A stretch of 63,403 nucleotides of DNA, the filler included, from Octopus bimaculoides (taxonomy: Eukaryota), in NCBI RefSeq assembly GCF_001194135.2. It is 8 parts of 6 records of this genome, joined end to end, with 100 filler letters (N's around TTAATTAATTAA, not from the genome) between each part and the next. Parts side by side here need not be neighbours in the genome. Positions count along the whole stretch, not along the records: positions 5,850 to 26,748 come from NC_069003.1; 7 more parts are not named here. The stretch is one strand, 5' to 3'. A program made the position numbers and the translations under genes. The notes beneath the pieces were generated by a model. It did no database searches and was not told the DNA's origin. It saw only the letters and a list, made by a program, of their open reading frames with translations. Each line of letters starts with the position of its first letter. Positions within the stretch are counted from its first letter, which is position 1. This document shows, one piece after another, positions 11,337-22,525 of the stretch.

Positions 11337-14300
11337 TCATTTCTCTCTCTCCATTTTCGAAAGCAGACGACGGCTGTTCTCTTGTCTCCTCAACTGCAAC
11401 TCTGCTGCTAAGTTATTACGTTTGCTGTTCAGGTGTTGATTTTTCTGATTGATGCGTTTGGTGGTGGAGTTCAACGTATATTTCAGTTTGAGTATGGCAT
11501 ATTCGAAATGGTTCCGCTGCCGACCCCATTCGATCTGTAAATTGGGGTCTGAACTGGCGATCTTATCGACATTCTTAACAACATATTTTTCATAAAGAGT
11601 TTTTATGCAGTTCTTCAATTGGTGTGGATCTTGTATTTTAAAAGACATGAGGTTGTTTAAATCGGAGCAGAACCTGTCCCACAAATCTGTCTTTTGCTTT
11701 AGCTTTCTACGTACATCATCCAGCTCTTTAAAGGTGGCTCCTAATTTCATTTTCATTTCTGCTGTATTATAGTCCATTACGAAAAACTGCGTGGTGAAGT
11801 TTTCCAACTGGTTTCGCATACCAGCCATTTGTTTCTTCGTTTTATTGATTTCCGTCTCCCTCTCATCCACAAGCTGTCTGAGTTCGATAATCTTTTCCCA
11901 TTCCAATTTACATTTCAGTTTCGTGACACTTTGATTCATCAGCTTCAGTTCACAGAAACGTTTGTCTTCCTTAGTTAATCCTTGACATTGGAGCTTCACT
12001 TCTTCTCTTAAGATTTCTATGTTTTCCTCTAGATTATTTTTAACAATCTTTAGTCTTTCTAATTCCATCTTTAACTTCCAGCATTCATCTTCGTTTTCTT
12101 TTAATTGGTTGGGGAAAGCAAAGAGTTTCTTCCGCAAAACGTTACGTTCGAATTTTCTTTTAGAATAGGTAGATCTCTCGACATACAAAAGCTTTTCATA
12201 TTTGACTTTTGTGGAGAGGGATTCCATTTCGGCATCCTCTTCACTCAATTTCTCTGATTTTTCGCATTCTTTCCGCAACGTCAATAACTTTTCATCACAC
12301 TCATAAATTTTCTTCTCCAAATATTCGGTTTTCTTTTCATACTTATCTGCCAATTGTGTTTCTAAACTCTCTTGCATTAAATCCAATTTCTCTATCTCTT
12401 GTTCATGTTCATTTTCTAGTTGGATTAATTTCTCTTCAAGATATTTGATCTTTTCACATTCTATCATTAACTTTTTATTAGTAGTACACTCGAGGGATTT
12501 TATTTTTGTACAGTGATCGTTAATAGTTTCTGTCATTTTTTCATCATAACTAGATTTTTCTCTGACTTTTTCACCCTCTAAAATTTTATTTTTGTTTTTC
12601 AAATTTTCAATTACTTGATTATAATTTTCGGATACCTCTTTTACCTTGTCGTTGAAGTACTTGTCTCTGAGGTGCAGTTTATACTCGTTTTTCTTGGAAA
12701 GTTCTTCCACACGGGATTTCAGCTTCGAAATTGAACACATTTTTTCTTCTAACTCATTCACCGGCATTAAAATGTCTTCAGACCAAATGGTACTGTGGCC
12801 AAATTCTGTACTCTGATTCTCAGTATCATCAACCTTCCATATTGCAATCGAAAAATCTCTTGATGTTGAAATTAAGTATCGATCATCAGTCGTAAAAATC
12901 ATGTGTGTAGTTTCGAGACTATGACAAGGATAATTACGCCAGTTTTCACCTCGTATTGGAGGGCACGCCATGCTTCTTATATAACCATCATTAGTTCCTA
13001 CAAATAACATTGTATTGGACCAAGACAGAGCAACTGATGTGTAAAGAAACTCACTCGGTGGAAACGTTCGCAATATATTCGATTTGTGGATTTCGTTCAA
13101 AGAATGATCCGAGCTTACCACATATAGTTTCTTGTTATCAGTGTTAACTGCAACATCGTTACAGGCGCAGGATTTCAAGACACACTCACCGATTCGCTTC
13201 TCGGTTTTTATGTCCCATTCATAAATTGCCCCATCCAAACCGCATGAGATTAGATTATTGTCATCCATACACCAGGAGGTAGCTTGAACTTTACCGTTGT
13301 GACCTTTCAGGTTGGCGAGCATTTCGAAAGTTATCGACGAGTATACCTGTATAAAGTTGTTGTTGACCGCCGCGAACATGTGACCACCTCGACTGAAATT
13401 GCAATGTGTACACCTGCGGATGTTGATATCTTTAAACGGTTTGAAGTCGTCCCTAAGAATATACATGAAACTTAATCTGTCGAAGAAACCTGCCAGAAGA
13501 AATAGTCCCATTGGGTGCATAGATATACTATAGACTTCTTCTGAAAAGTTTTTAGAAAATTCTAAGCTAAACGTTTCGTGGTTCCACAATTTTATGGAAC
13601 CATCGAGGGAGCTTGTTGCAATGAAAGGTTTCCACAAAGAGACACAACATCCAGTGATATGTTTATAATGGAAAGGCTGTACTAAAACATCAAACACGTT
13701 TGATTCACTCTGTTTTGTTTCCGATGGATTAATTTGTGTAGAATACATTTGTTTCATATTGGTGCTAATAACGAGAACCTCCTCCGATGGATCCACCACC
13801 ATCCATTTTATAATTTGGTTACACAGGTCACTGTTTTCCAAAACATCTAACGGAAGCCAAACATTCCTAACAGACTTGTAAGTATGCCAGACTTCATCTC
13901 TTTCAAAAAACTGTACACATTTCTTACCACACGCTGTAATAAATCCTTTAGAATAACTGGTAACAGCCGTTACTCCGCACGACTTGATGGATTCGTCGGA
14001 AATATTCGAATATTGGAATACATTAAAATCAAGTCTTAAATCCGTATCTTCGATAAACAACACTCGGCCACTGCCTGTACCCACCAAAAGACGTTGTTTC
14101 GCATCCCAGCAATAGCATTTGAAATCTTGAGGTACGATCTTAGGAAAATTGAACTGTTTGTTTTTGCTTCCTTCGAAGCGGAACAATTTAAGAAACTTGT
14201 TGCCAAATACATACACGTTGAGATGTGTTTGAGGGTTGAAACTAACGCAATGAAGAATCTCCGGTGCAACAGAAACTGTCACTTTGGTCGAGAGAAGTAG

Positions 14301-14425
14301 TTTCGATCTTTTCCATGACCAGTAAAGTAAGGTTCGTGATGGGTCGTCACATATGGCCACAAGATATCGAGAAGTAGATGAAAAAGACAAACTAACGATC
14401 TTACAATGCAATACTTGACAAACTA
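11337..14425 (-). CDS. CFAP57: CFAP57/WDR65-like protein, copy A; intronless over the visible part, 5' end hidden in the N gap
   Basis: Open ORF of >1024 aa, open up to the gap edge. Motifs recalled from CFAP57: PSEE.L..ST...Q.YS, KPFIATSSLDGSIKLWN, SISMHP.G, GGHMFAAVN.N.IQVY, LKGHNGKV, ECVLKSC, then a coiled coil (ELxxxNEYKLHLRD; WGRQRNHFE). The given start at 14411 is an internal TTG. Confidence 0.92.
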
Positions 14426-15188
14426 NNNNNNNNNNNNNNNNNNNNNNNNNNNNNNNNNNNNNNNNNNNNNNNNNNNNNNNNNNNNNNNNNNNNNNNNNNN
14501 NNNNNNNNNNNNNNNNNNNNNNNNNNNNNNNNNNNNNNNNNNNNNNNNNNNNNNNNNNNNNNNNNNNNNNNNNNNNNNNNNNNNNNNNNNNNNNNNNNNN
14601 NNNNNNNNNNNNNNNNNNNNNNNNNNNNNNNNNNNNNNNNNNNNNNNNNNNNNNNNNNNNNNNNNNNNNNNNNNNNNNNNNNNNNNNNNNNNNNNNNNNN
14701 NNNNNNNNNNNNNNNNNNNNNNNNNNNNNNNNNNNNNNNNNNNNNNNNNNNNNNNNNNNNNNNNNNNNNNNNNNNNNNNNNNNNNNNNNNNNNNNNNNNN
14801 NNNNNNNNNNNNNNNNNNNNNNNNNNNNNNNNNNNNNNNNNNNNNNNNNNNNNNNNNNNNNNNNNNNNNNNNNNNNNNNNNNNNNNNNNNNNNNNNNNNN
14901 NNNNNNNNNNNNNNNNNNNNNNNNNNNNNNNNNNNNNNNNNNNNNNNNNNNNNNNNNNNNNNNNNNNNNNNNNNNNNNNNNNNNNNNNNNNNNNNNNNNN
15001 NNNNNNNNNNNNNNNNNNNNNNNNNNNNNNNNNNNNNNNNNNNNNNNNNNNNNNNNNNNNNNNNNNNNNNNNNNNNNNNNNTTAGAGAAAAAAAACCAAA
15101 GTTCTTTTTTTTAATTGAGTTTTTACCTGTAAATTTGGATTTTTATCCCTAATATAATAATAATAATAATAATTATTATATATATATA

Positions 15189-15345
15189 TTCGACGGGCTT
15201 CTTTCAGCTTCCGTCTACAAAATTCACTCACAAGGCTTTGGTCGGCCCGAGGCTATAGTAGAAGATACTTGCCCAAGGTGAGACTGAACCTAGAACCATG
15301 TAGTTGGGAAGCAAACTTCTTACCGCACATCCACACCTGCGTCTG
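15189..15345 (-). mobile_element. tRNA-derived SINE head (family with the gacggaaactgaaagaagcccgtcg core)
   Basis: Minus strand reads gcggtaagaagtttgcttcccaactacatggttctaggttcagtc...ccttgggcaag...gaagcccgtcg. Confidence 0.7.
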
Positions 15346-15399
<54 letters not shown>

Positions 15400-15579
15400 C
15401 ATGCATGCATGTATGTATGTATAAAGCATTTTGCTCGGCGTGCTAATAATTCTGCCAACTCACTACCTTTAGAAAGAGAATTATTAATATATAAATCCAA
15501 ACAACATATGAAAACTTGGCGGAGGAAAAGAGTGGGTTTCCTAGATCAGTAAGATTAATGATAATCATGTTTGTTGTGC

Positions 15580-17760
15580 ACTGTTGTGAACTAACACTTG
15601 CAGTAAAGATATGAGGGCAAAGAGAAAACCAGAGAGCCGATGTTCGTGGAGGAAGTTACTGGGTGAAGGTTCTTGGTGAGTTTGGACATAACAAAAGTTA
15701 TGAGAAGAGGAGATTTGGGTGTGTAGGTCATGCCTGGACGGAAGTGGCATGACTCCAGCAGCTCTGAGATAGACAAAGCAGAGAAATGAGACAGCGCATG
15801 TGGGCCATAGCCAAGAGAATGTTAGTGGCCTTATGTTTATCAATGGGCTGGTCATTTTTAGGATGGGCTGTCTTTGTGCGTCACAATCAGCAGTAGTGCC
15901 GTCCTAGATGTGAAAACAATGCCCCACTGTTGGCTCCGCCAGAACTTTGTAGAGGATAAATTATTGTTGGAGGTGGTGGGGGAGTGAAGTATCTTTTGGG
16001 TCGTTATGATCTGATTTGAGTTATGTTAATGATGTTTTTTAACCAGATCCTCGGTGATAGTAAAGCCCAACATTTGGAACAGTTTTGAGGTTAGACATGT
16101 GTGGTGTGGTGAAGTTTTCTTAGTCTTATCTTTTCAATAGCATAGAAAACACAAAGTAGAGCTTGCCTTTCCTTGCTGTTGAAAATGGGGTCAATGACGG
16201 TTCGACTTATGGCATCTAGTTTGTGAGTGGATGACGCATGTTTTGGAGAAGGTTAAGGAAGAACGAAATGTAATGCCATCTCCGAAAAGGGTGAACATTG
16301 TTAGACGTGCCGATACAGGAGATAGAAAATGGCGTTGTGGGGCGCGAGAGGGGCAAAAGTATTGCACTGGGGTACGCCGAAGTTGATAGAGTGAAGGTTA
16401 GAAAGGACTTCGTTAATACACGTTGCGATAGGGTGAGCTGATAGAGAAAGGACTTCGTTAATACACGTTGCGATAGGGTGAGCTGATAGGGAGCTACCGG
16501 TCTAAGAGATGAATGACGAGCGGAGCCCATAGGTGGGAAGTTTCGAAAGATTTGCTTGCTAAATAATGAGGAAAACTTTGCTGATGCCGAAATCAACAAT
16601 GTAGCCTTCGCCAAAGTTCTTCAAGATATAGCCTTCGCCAAAGTTCTTCAAGATATAGGAGAGCAAGTGACTAGCGGGTCTGTCTTCACGGAAGCCGTTG
16701 TGGTGATTGTTCAGAAGGGATGGAAATTCAAGGTTTGGGGGCCGGTGTTGTTCTGGGCAACAGTACCATCCTCCAGGGTGATTCAGAGAGTGGTCTTGCA
16801 TGAGCTACGCCCCTGGATAAAAGACGTCCGGATTTCTGAGGGTGGGTTTTCTTCTGCTGCTGATGTAAGGCTTGCTTCTCGTTTAAACCGCTTCAGCACA
16901 ACTCTGAGTGTATAGATTCGAGGTCTTGAGACATTGCGATTTTGTTGTATTCGAGATGTCAAGGGACAAACCTAAAAGGGAGTTTGTAACTTAGCTGATG
17001 GGTGGTCAGCAGGAATGATATATGAGCTCATTCGGAGGTCTTGTATTGTCGTTGGATGCGAATGTTGGAGACGTTGTGTATGTTATGTCTAAATGTGATC
17101 CTTAGTTACAATGAAGCAATGGTCAGACGACGCAGTAGGTGCCGAGACAGTTGCAGTTCGGTAGAGATTAGGTTTAGCAGTGAGGAAAGAGATCAAGAGC
17201 GTTTGGCGTATGTGTGTGTTGATCTGCGATACAAGTTGGAGATGAGACAAATTGATGCAATGAGTTGAAGATTGCAAAGGATTCGGTTTCTGCACCAATG
17301 ACATCACCGTGAGATGAATGAGACAACCATGAGATGTGAGTGTTGAAGCCACCAAAGACGATGACTTTGAGGATGGGTGAAATAAGATTTATGTCCCTAA
17401 TGCAAGACTTGATTTGGTTGAAGGTCTAGTTGGTAGTCTGCGAAGTTCGGAAAACGCTAGAAGGACGAAATGCATTTGGGTGAGTGAAAGAGGTAGACTG
17501 CGAGTCAAAGTAACTTGATGGCGTTCATATTTGAATCTACGAGAGAGAGAGATAAGTAAGAGGGAGAACGGAGTCTATGTAATCATAGACACCATCTTTC
17601 GTGGTGAAGTTAAAATTAAAAAATATAGCCCGGACAGCTGAGATGGGTTGGAGACGGAGATACAGAGTGTTCTGGATTTCGGAGAGGAATACGATATTTG
17701 ATTTTCGAGTAAGTATTGATGAATTGATTTAAGTTGAGACGAAATTCAAAGATATTGGAG
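15580..17760 (-). mobile_element. Decayed CR1/L2-like LINE (RT region)
   Basis: Minus-strand fragments LLNNHHNGFREDR, INFGVPQCNTFAPL (GVPQG), LFGDGITF (FADD) and LGFTITEDL; many stops. Confidence 0.7.
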
Positions 17761-18158
17761 AACAGGAGATAAAATTGCAGAAATGGAATTGGTGTAAAGA
17801 GATATTTATGAATGTCCCAGTGACATCAGTGATTAATTTAACCTCAGTACTTTACTGATGTTATATTTTATCGAGCCTGGAATATAAGAAAGACAAGGTT
17901 GATTTCGGCAAGATTTGAACTCAAAGTTAAGGTAACACAACCAAATCTGCAAGGCATTTCGTTTAAATGTTTACTGAATCTGCCAATCCACCGTGCCCAT
18001 TACCATTTGTGGTGACATCTATTTTTGAAATAAGGAAAGTGTACCAAAGAGTAAAGTCAATGACACTGACTTCGGTATTTGAGTGGTACTTTATTTCATC
18101 GACTCCTGAACGATGAGATGAAATATAAATGAAATGAAAGACTTTCGATGAAGTTGAC

Positions 18159-18164
18159 TTTATT
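18159..18164 (-). promoter_or_regulatory. Candidate polyadenylation signal AATAAA of CFAP57 copy B
   Basis: Homologous to 11179-11184 (gctAATAAAagtcaa context in both copies). Confidence 0.45.
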
Positions 18165-18349
18165 AGCAATAACAATATTATAAAAAAAAAGAATTCTTGC
18201 TTCACAGCATGGTTTTTATCACTCAATGTAAAAACGGACATGTGACAATACACGAATCGTTTCGTTTCATTTCGTTCGCATGATTAAAATCCAACGATCA
18301 ACAAATAACATCCATTTTCATTTCTCTCACTCCATTTAAAAGACCCCCC

Positions 18350-18640
18350 CCCCACCAAAGAAAAAAATTTCTTTTCTCTCTCTAATATTCCTTGCATCTT
18401 ATTGCTTTTGGTTGCTAGCTGACAATTCAACAGAGAGGCCTTTTAAGACAGTAAAAGACGGTTCTTTTCCCTCTCCAGCGAAAACTTTCCTTGAATTTTA
18501 TTGCTTTCGGCTGTTAGCAGACAATTCTACTGAGAGGCTTTTCAAGGCAGCAAAAAACGGTTCTTTTCTCTCACCAACGACAACTTTTCTCGAATTATAT
18601 TGCTTCTGGTTGTAAGCACACAATTCTGTAGAGTGACCTT
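18350..18640 (-). repeat. 99-bp tandem repeat (~2.9 units) of the CFAP57-B terminal coding segment
   Basis: Units are 18542-18640, 18443-18541 and a partial ~18360-18442; the plus-strand pseudo-ORF 18412-18615 shows the 33-codon period. Confidence 0.9.
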
Positions 18641-21600
18641 TTCCACAGTGTCCTTTGTTATAATCTTCAGTTTGTGTACCATGTATTCGAAATTATAACG
18701 CTGCCGATTCCATTTCTTATGTATGCTGACGTTTCTGTTTTTGTATGATGCGATGATCTTCTTGATATTCTTCTGGTTGTATTTTTCATAAAGAGCTTTG
18801 ATGCTGCCCTTCAGTTTCTGATGATCATCTATGAAAGATATGCAGTCTACAAGGTCGGAGTAGAACGTGTATAACAAGGCCGATTTTCGGTCCAGTCTTG
18901 TACGTACTCTGTCCAGTTCTCGAGAGGTAGCCACTAGTTTCTGTTTCGTTTCCTTTGTCGAGCAGTCCCTATTGGTTAACTGATTTGTTAATTTCTCCTG
19001 TTGACGTTGCATAATCTTCATTTCCACCCTCATGGTATTGATTTCATCTTCCCTCTCTTGTAAACACTGTCTCAATTCGATAATATGTTTAAAATCCAGG
19101 TCAGTTTTCAATTTCATGGTTTCCATGTTCTTCTGCACCAAATCATAGAAATGTTTCCCTTCACCTCGTGGCTTTTCCTCTCGAATATGCAGAACTTCCC
19201 CTAAATGCTTTATCCAATCCTCCTTCCTATTTATGATAATCTTCAATCTCTCAATCCCCAGTTTGTAATTGTTACATTCTTCATCACTTGCTTTTAGTTT
19301 TGTGGAGAATTTTAAGACCTTTTTCTTCAAAACACTATTTTCGTGTTTTAGTTCAGAAGTAAAATCTCTTTCTTGAAACAATAGTTGTTCGAAATTAGTT
19401 TTTCTAGAAACGAGCTCCATTTCGGCATCAACTTCGATCCGTTTCTGCATTTCCTCACATTCTTTCTGCTGCAGTAAAATATTTTCAGTGCACTGTTCCA
19501 TTTTCTTCTCTAAATCTACAAGCTTCTTTTCGTACTCTTCTATCAACTGGTCGAATAGAATTTCTTGCTTTTCTTCCAGTTCTTTTATCTCTTGTTTGTT
19601 TTTCTCTTGTACTACTATTAACATGTTTTCAAGATTCTTACAATTTTCGTCTTCTTCTAGTAACTTCTTATCGGTAACAGATTCGATTAATTGCAACTCT
19701 TGGCTGTGATTTTCGTTAATATGTGATATTTCTTCAATGCATTCCGCTTCTTGTTTGCTTTTATCCTTCTCTAGAATTTCATTTTTGACTTTCAAAATTT
19801 CAATTTTTTGATTATTTTCGGATATCTCATTTATTTTGTTGTAGTTCATAGTTTTAAGGCGCATTTTGTATTCCATTTCGTTTTCAAGTTCTTCAATGTG
19901 GATTTTCAACTTTGAAATTAAACAATTTCTTTTTTCCACATCAGATTTTGGAATTAAAATCTCGTTAGGATAAACGGTACCCTGGTCGCTTTTCAAATTC
20001 TCATCTTCAGCATTATTAACCTTCCATATTGCAATTGAAGCATCTCTTGATGTTGAAATTAAGTATCGATCATCAGTCGTAAAAATCATGTGCGTTGTTT
20101 CAAGACTATGACAAGGATAATTACACCATTTTCCACCTCGTATTGGAGGGCACGCCATGCTTCTTATATAACCATCATTAGTTCCTACAAATAACATTGT
20201 ATTGGACCAAGACAGAGCAACTGATGTGTAAAGAAATTTTCTCGATAGAAACGTTTGCAATATATTCGATTTGTGGATTTCGTTCAAAGAACGATCCGAG
20301 CTTACCACATATAGTTTCTTGTTATCAGTGTTAACTGCAACATCGTTACAGGCGCAGGATTTCAAGACACACTCACCGATTCGCTTCTCGGTTTTTATTT
20401 CCCATTCATAAACTGCCCCATCCAAACCGCATGAGATTAGATTATTGTCATCCATACACCAGGCGGTAGCTTGAACTTTACCGTTGTGACCTTTCAGGTT
20501 GGCCAGCATTTCGAAAGTTATCGACGAGTATACCTGTATAAAGTTGTTGTTGACTGCCGCGAACATGTGGCCACCTCGACTGAAATTGCAATGTGTACAC
20601 CTGCGGATGTTGATATCTCTAAACAGTTTGAAGTCGTCCCTAAGAATATACATGAAACGTAATTCGTCGCTGAAACCTGCCAGAAGAAATAGTCCCATTG
20701 GGTGCATAGATATGCTGTATACTTCTTCTGAAAAGTTTTTAGAAAATTCTAAGTTAAACGTTTCGCGGTTCCACACTTTTATGGAACCGTCGAGGGAGCT
20801 GGTTGCAATGAAAGGTTTCCACAAAGAGACACAACATCCAGTGATATGTTTATAATGGAAAGGCTGTACTAAAACATCAAACACATTTGATTCAGTCTTA
20901 TTTTTTGTTTCCGGTGGATTAACTTGTGTAGAATACATTTGTTTCATATTGGTGCTAATAACGAGAACCTCCTCCGATGGATTCACCACCATCCATTTTA
21001 TAATCTGGTCGCATAGTTTGTTATTCTCCAATGTATCTGACGGCAGCAAAACATCCCTAACAAACTTGTAATTATCGTTATCAATGCTTTCAAAAAACTG
21101 TACATATTTTGTACCACACGCAGTAATAAATCCATGAGAATAACTAACAATTGCCGTCACTCCATGCATCCTTGCGGCATCGTTTGGAAGATTCAAATAT
21201 TGGAATACGTTAAAATCAAGTTTTAAATACCTACCTTCAATACATAACACTCGACCACTGCCTGTACCCACCAAAAGACGTTGTTTCGCATCCCAGGAAT
21301 AGCATTTGAAATCTTGAGGTACAATCTTAGGGAAATTGAACTGTTTGTGCTTGTTTCTTACGAAACGGAACAATTTAAGAAGACGATTGCCAAACACATA
21401 CACGTCGAGATGATTAAGAGGGTGAAAGCTCACATGATGAAGAGTCTCTGGTTCTTGTGAAACCGTCACCTTGACCGAAATGGGTTCTTTCATTTCTTCC
21501 CATGACCAGTAAAGTAGGGTTCGTGATGAGTCGTCACATATGGCTACGACACATCGAGAATCAGATGAAAAAGACAAACTAATGATCGAACAAGTGTTTA

Positions 21601-21907
21601 ATTCTTGGCAAAATAAGGTCTTCCTTTTCCGTAACCTGAATAAATCAAAAATATTTACAAATGGTTTCTCGCATTTATAAGCAACAGCTGAAAAGTTACG
21701 ATTCGGACTTAAAGTCATGGCAGTTATTTCACATCCTTTCTCTGATACATTGAGCATCCTCATTGTTTTGTGTTGGGTGTTATAAAAAACACAGTAACAA
21801 CCACATGGATAAAGGATCGTTTGTTCGTCGAAATAAAAAACATTGTTAGAAATATCCGAACTGATTCCAATCAAATATTTTAAAATCGCTTTTGAAGAGA
21901 TAGCCAT
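18542..21907 (-). CDS. CFAP57: CFAP57/WDR65-like cilia/flagella protein, copy B, complete single-exon ORF of 1121 aa
   Basis: N-terminus NNVFYFDEQTILYPCG matches the CFAP57 NNIFYFDEQ.I.FPSG start; WD40 core as in copy A; coiled coil with ENEMEYKMRLKTMNY and WNRQRYNFE; no in-frame stop over 3366 nt. Confidence 0.95.
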   Translation of the reverse strand: MAISSKAILKYLIGISSDISNNVFYFDEQTILYPCGCYCVFYNTQHKTMRMLNVSEKGCEITAMTLSPNRNFSAVAYKCEKPFVNIFDLFRLRKRKTLFCQELNTCSIISLSFSSDSRCVVAICDDSSRTLLYWSWEEMKEPISVKVTVSQEPETLHHVSFHPLNHLDVYVFGNRLLKLFRFVRNKHKQFNFPKIVPQDFKCYSWDAKQRLLVGTGSGRVLCIEGRYLKLDFNVFQYLNLPNDAARMHGVTAIVSYSHGFITACGTKYVQFFESIDNDNYKFVRDVLLPSDTLENNKLCDQIIKWMVVNPSEEVLVISTNMKQMYSTQVNPPETKNKTESNVFDVLVQPFHYKHITGCCVSLWKPFIATSSLDGSIKVWNRETFNLEFSKNFSEEVYSISMHPMGLFLLAGFSDELRFMYILRDDFKLFRDINIRRCTHCNFSRGGHMFAAVNNNFIQVYSSITFEMLANLKGHNGKVQATAWCMDDNNLISCGLDGAVYEWEIKTEKRIGECVLKSCACNDVAVNTDNKKLYVVSSDRSLNEIHKSNILQTFLSRKFLYTSVALSWSNTMLFVGTNDGYIRSMACPPIRGGKWCNYPCHSLETTHMIFTTDDRYLISTSRDASIAIWKVNNAEDENLKSDQGTVYPNEILIPKSDVEKRNCLISKLKIHIEELENEMEYKMRLKTMNYNKINEISENNQKIEILKVKNEILEKDKSKQEAECIEEISHINENHSQELQLIESVTDKKLLEEDENCKNLENMLIVVQEKNKQEIKELEEKQEILFDQLIEEYEKKLVDLEKKMEQCTENILLQQKECEEMQKRIEVDAEMELVSRKTNFEQLLFQERDFTSELKHENSVLKKKVLKFSTKLKASDEECNNYKLGIERLKIIINRKEDWIKHLGEVLHIREEKPRGEGKHFYDLVQKNMETMKLKTDLDFKHIIELRQCLQEREDEINTMRVEMKIMQRQQEKLTNQLTNRDCSTKETKQKLVATSRELDRVRTRLDRKSALLYTFYSDLVDCISFIDDHQKLKGSIKALYEKYNQKNIKKIIASYKNRNVSIHKKWNRQRYNFEYMVHKLKIITKDTVEKVTLQNCVLTTRSNIIREKLSLVREKNRFLLP

Positions 21908-21930
21908 TCGAAAACTTTTCCCTAACTTAC

Positions 21931-21972
21931 CTGATAGCTGTTCCTAGGATGATGTGTTATGGTGATGGCAGT
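21931..21972 (-). other. Candidate 42-nt exon (acceptor cctcgctttcAG, donor CAG|GTAAGT) just upstream of the CFAP57-B ATG
   Basis: AG at 21974-21973 after a pyrimidine tract; perfect donor with GT at 21930-21929; the ATG is 23 nt downstream of the donor. Confidence 0.4.
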
Positions 21973-22525
21973 CTGAAAGCGAGGCTTTAAATAATGCTGG
22001 TCACGTGATCCAAATGACGGCATTTTTATATTTTTTCGTGTCTTTATTCATTCCTTATTTTCTCTACTTTTTTTTTTTTGGTAATTTCGTCATACTACAC
22101 ACACGCACACAAACATACACATATAGAAAGAAACACACAAATATAGAAACACACACGTACACACACATATGCAAACTTGAATGCATTGCAAATGCAACAA
22201 TAAAATCATTGTTAAACGATTCCAAAATAAAATATTTTTGATTTATTCAAGTTCAGAAAAAGAAGACTTTAATTTATCAATAATTATATATTTGTAAGGT
22301 CGTTTGATTGTTTTTCATCTCATTATCGATGTATCATAGCCATAAGCGGCTATCCATCAAAAACTCTTATTTATTGATTATTGGGAGAAAAACAACAACA
22401 ACAACAACAACAACAAAGAACACCATTTTAGCCAAAGTGACGGTTTCCTAAGTATTAGAGACTCTTTTCCATGTTAACTTCTACACCCAGATTTCTCTCC
22501 ACGTTCGTATTCGTGTATCTCAGAT

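Noticed and set aside
16400-16658. 45-bp and 27-bp tandem duplications as possible CRISPR-like or functional repeats
   Set aside because: Two adjacent units with no spacers, inside a dead LINE.
18412-18615. Plus-strand 67-aa ORF with a 33-aa repeat
   Set aside because: Antisense reading of the 99-bp terminal triplication of CFAP57-B.
12209-20855. Plus-strand ORFs overlapping the CFAP57 copies, including the twin MNFTVVTFQVG ORFs (13284, 20471)
   Set aside because: Antisense shadows of the real CDS; their similarity only reflects the homogenised core.
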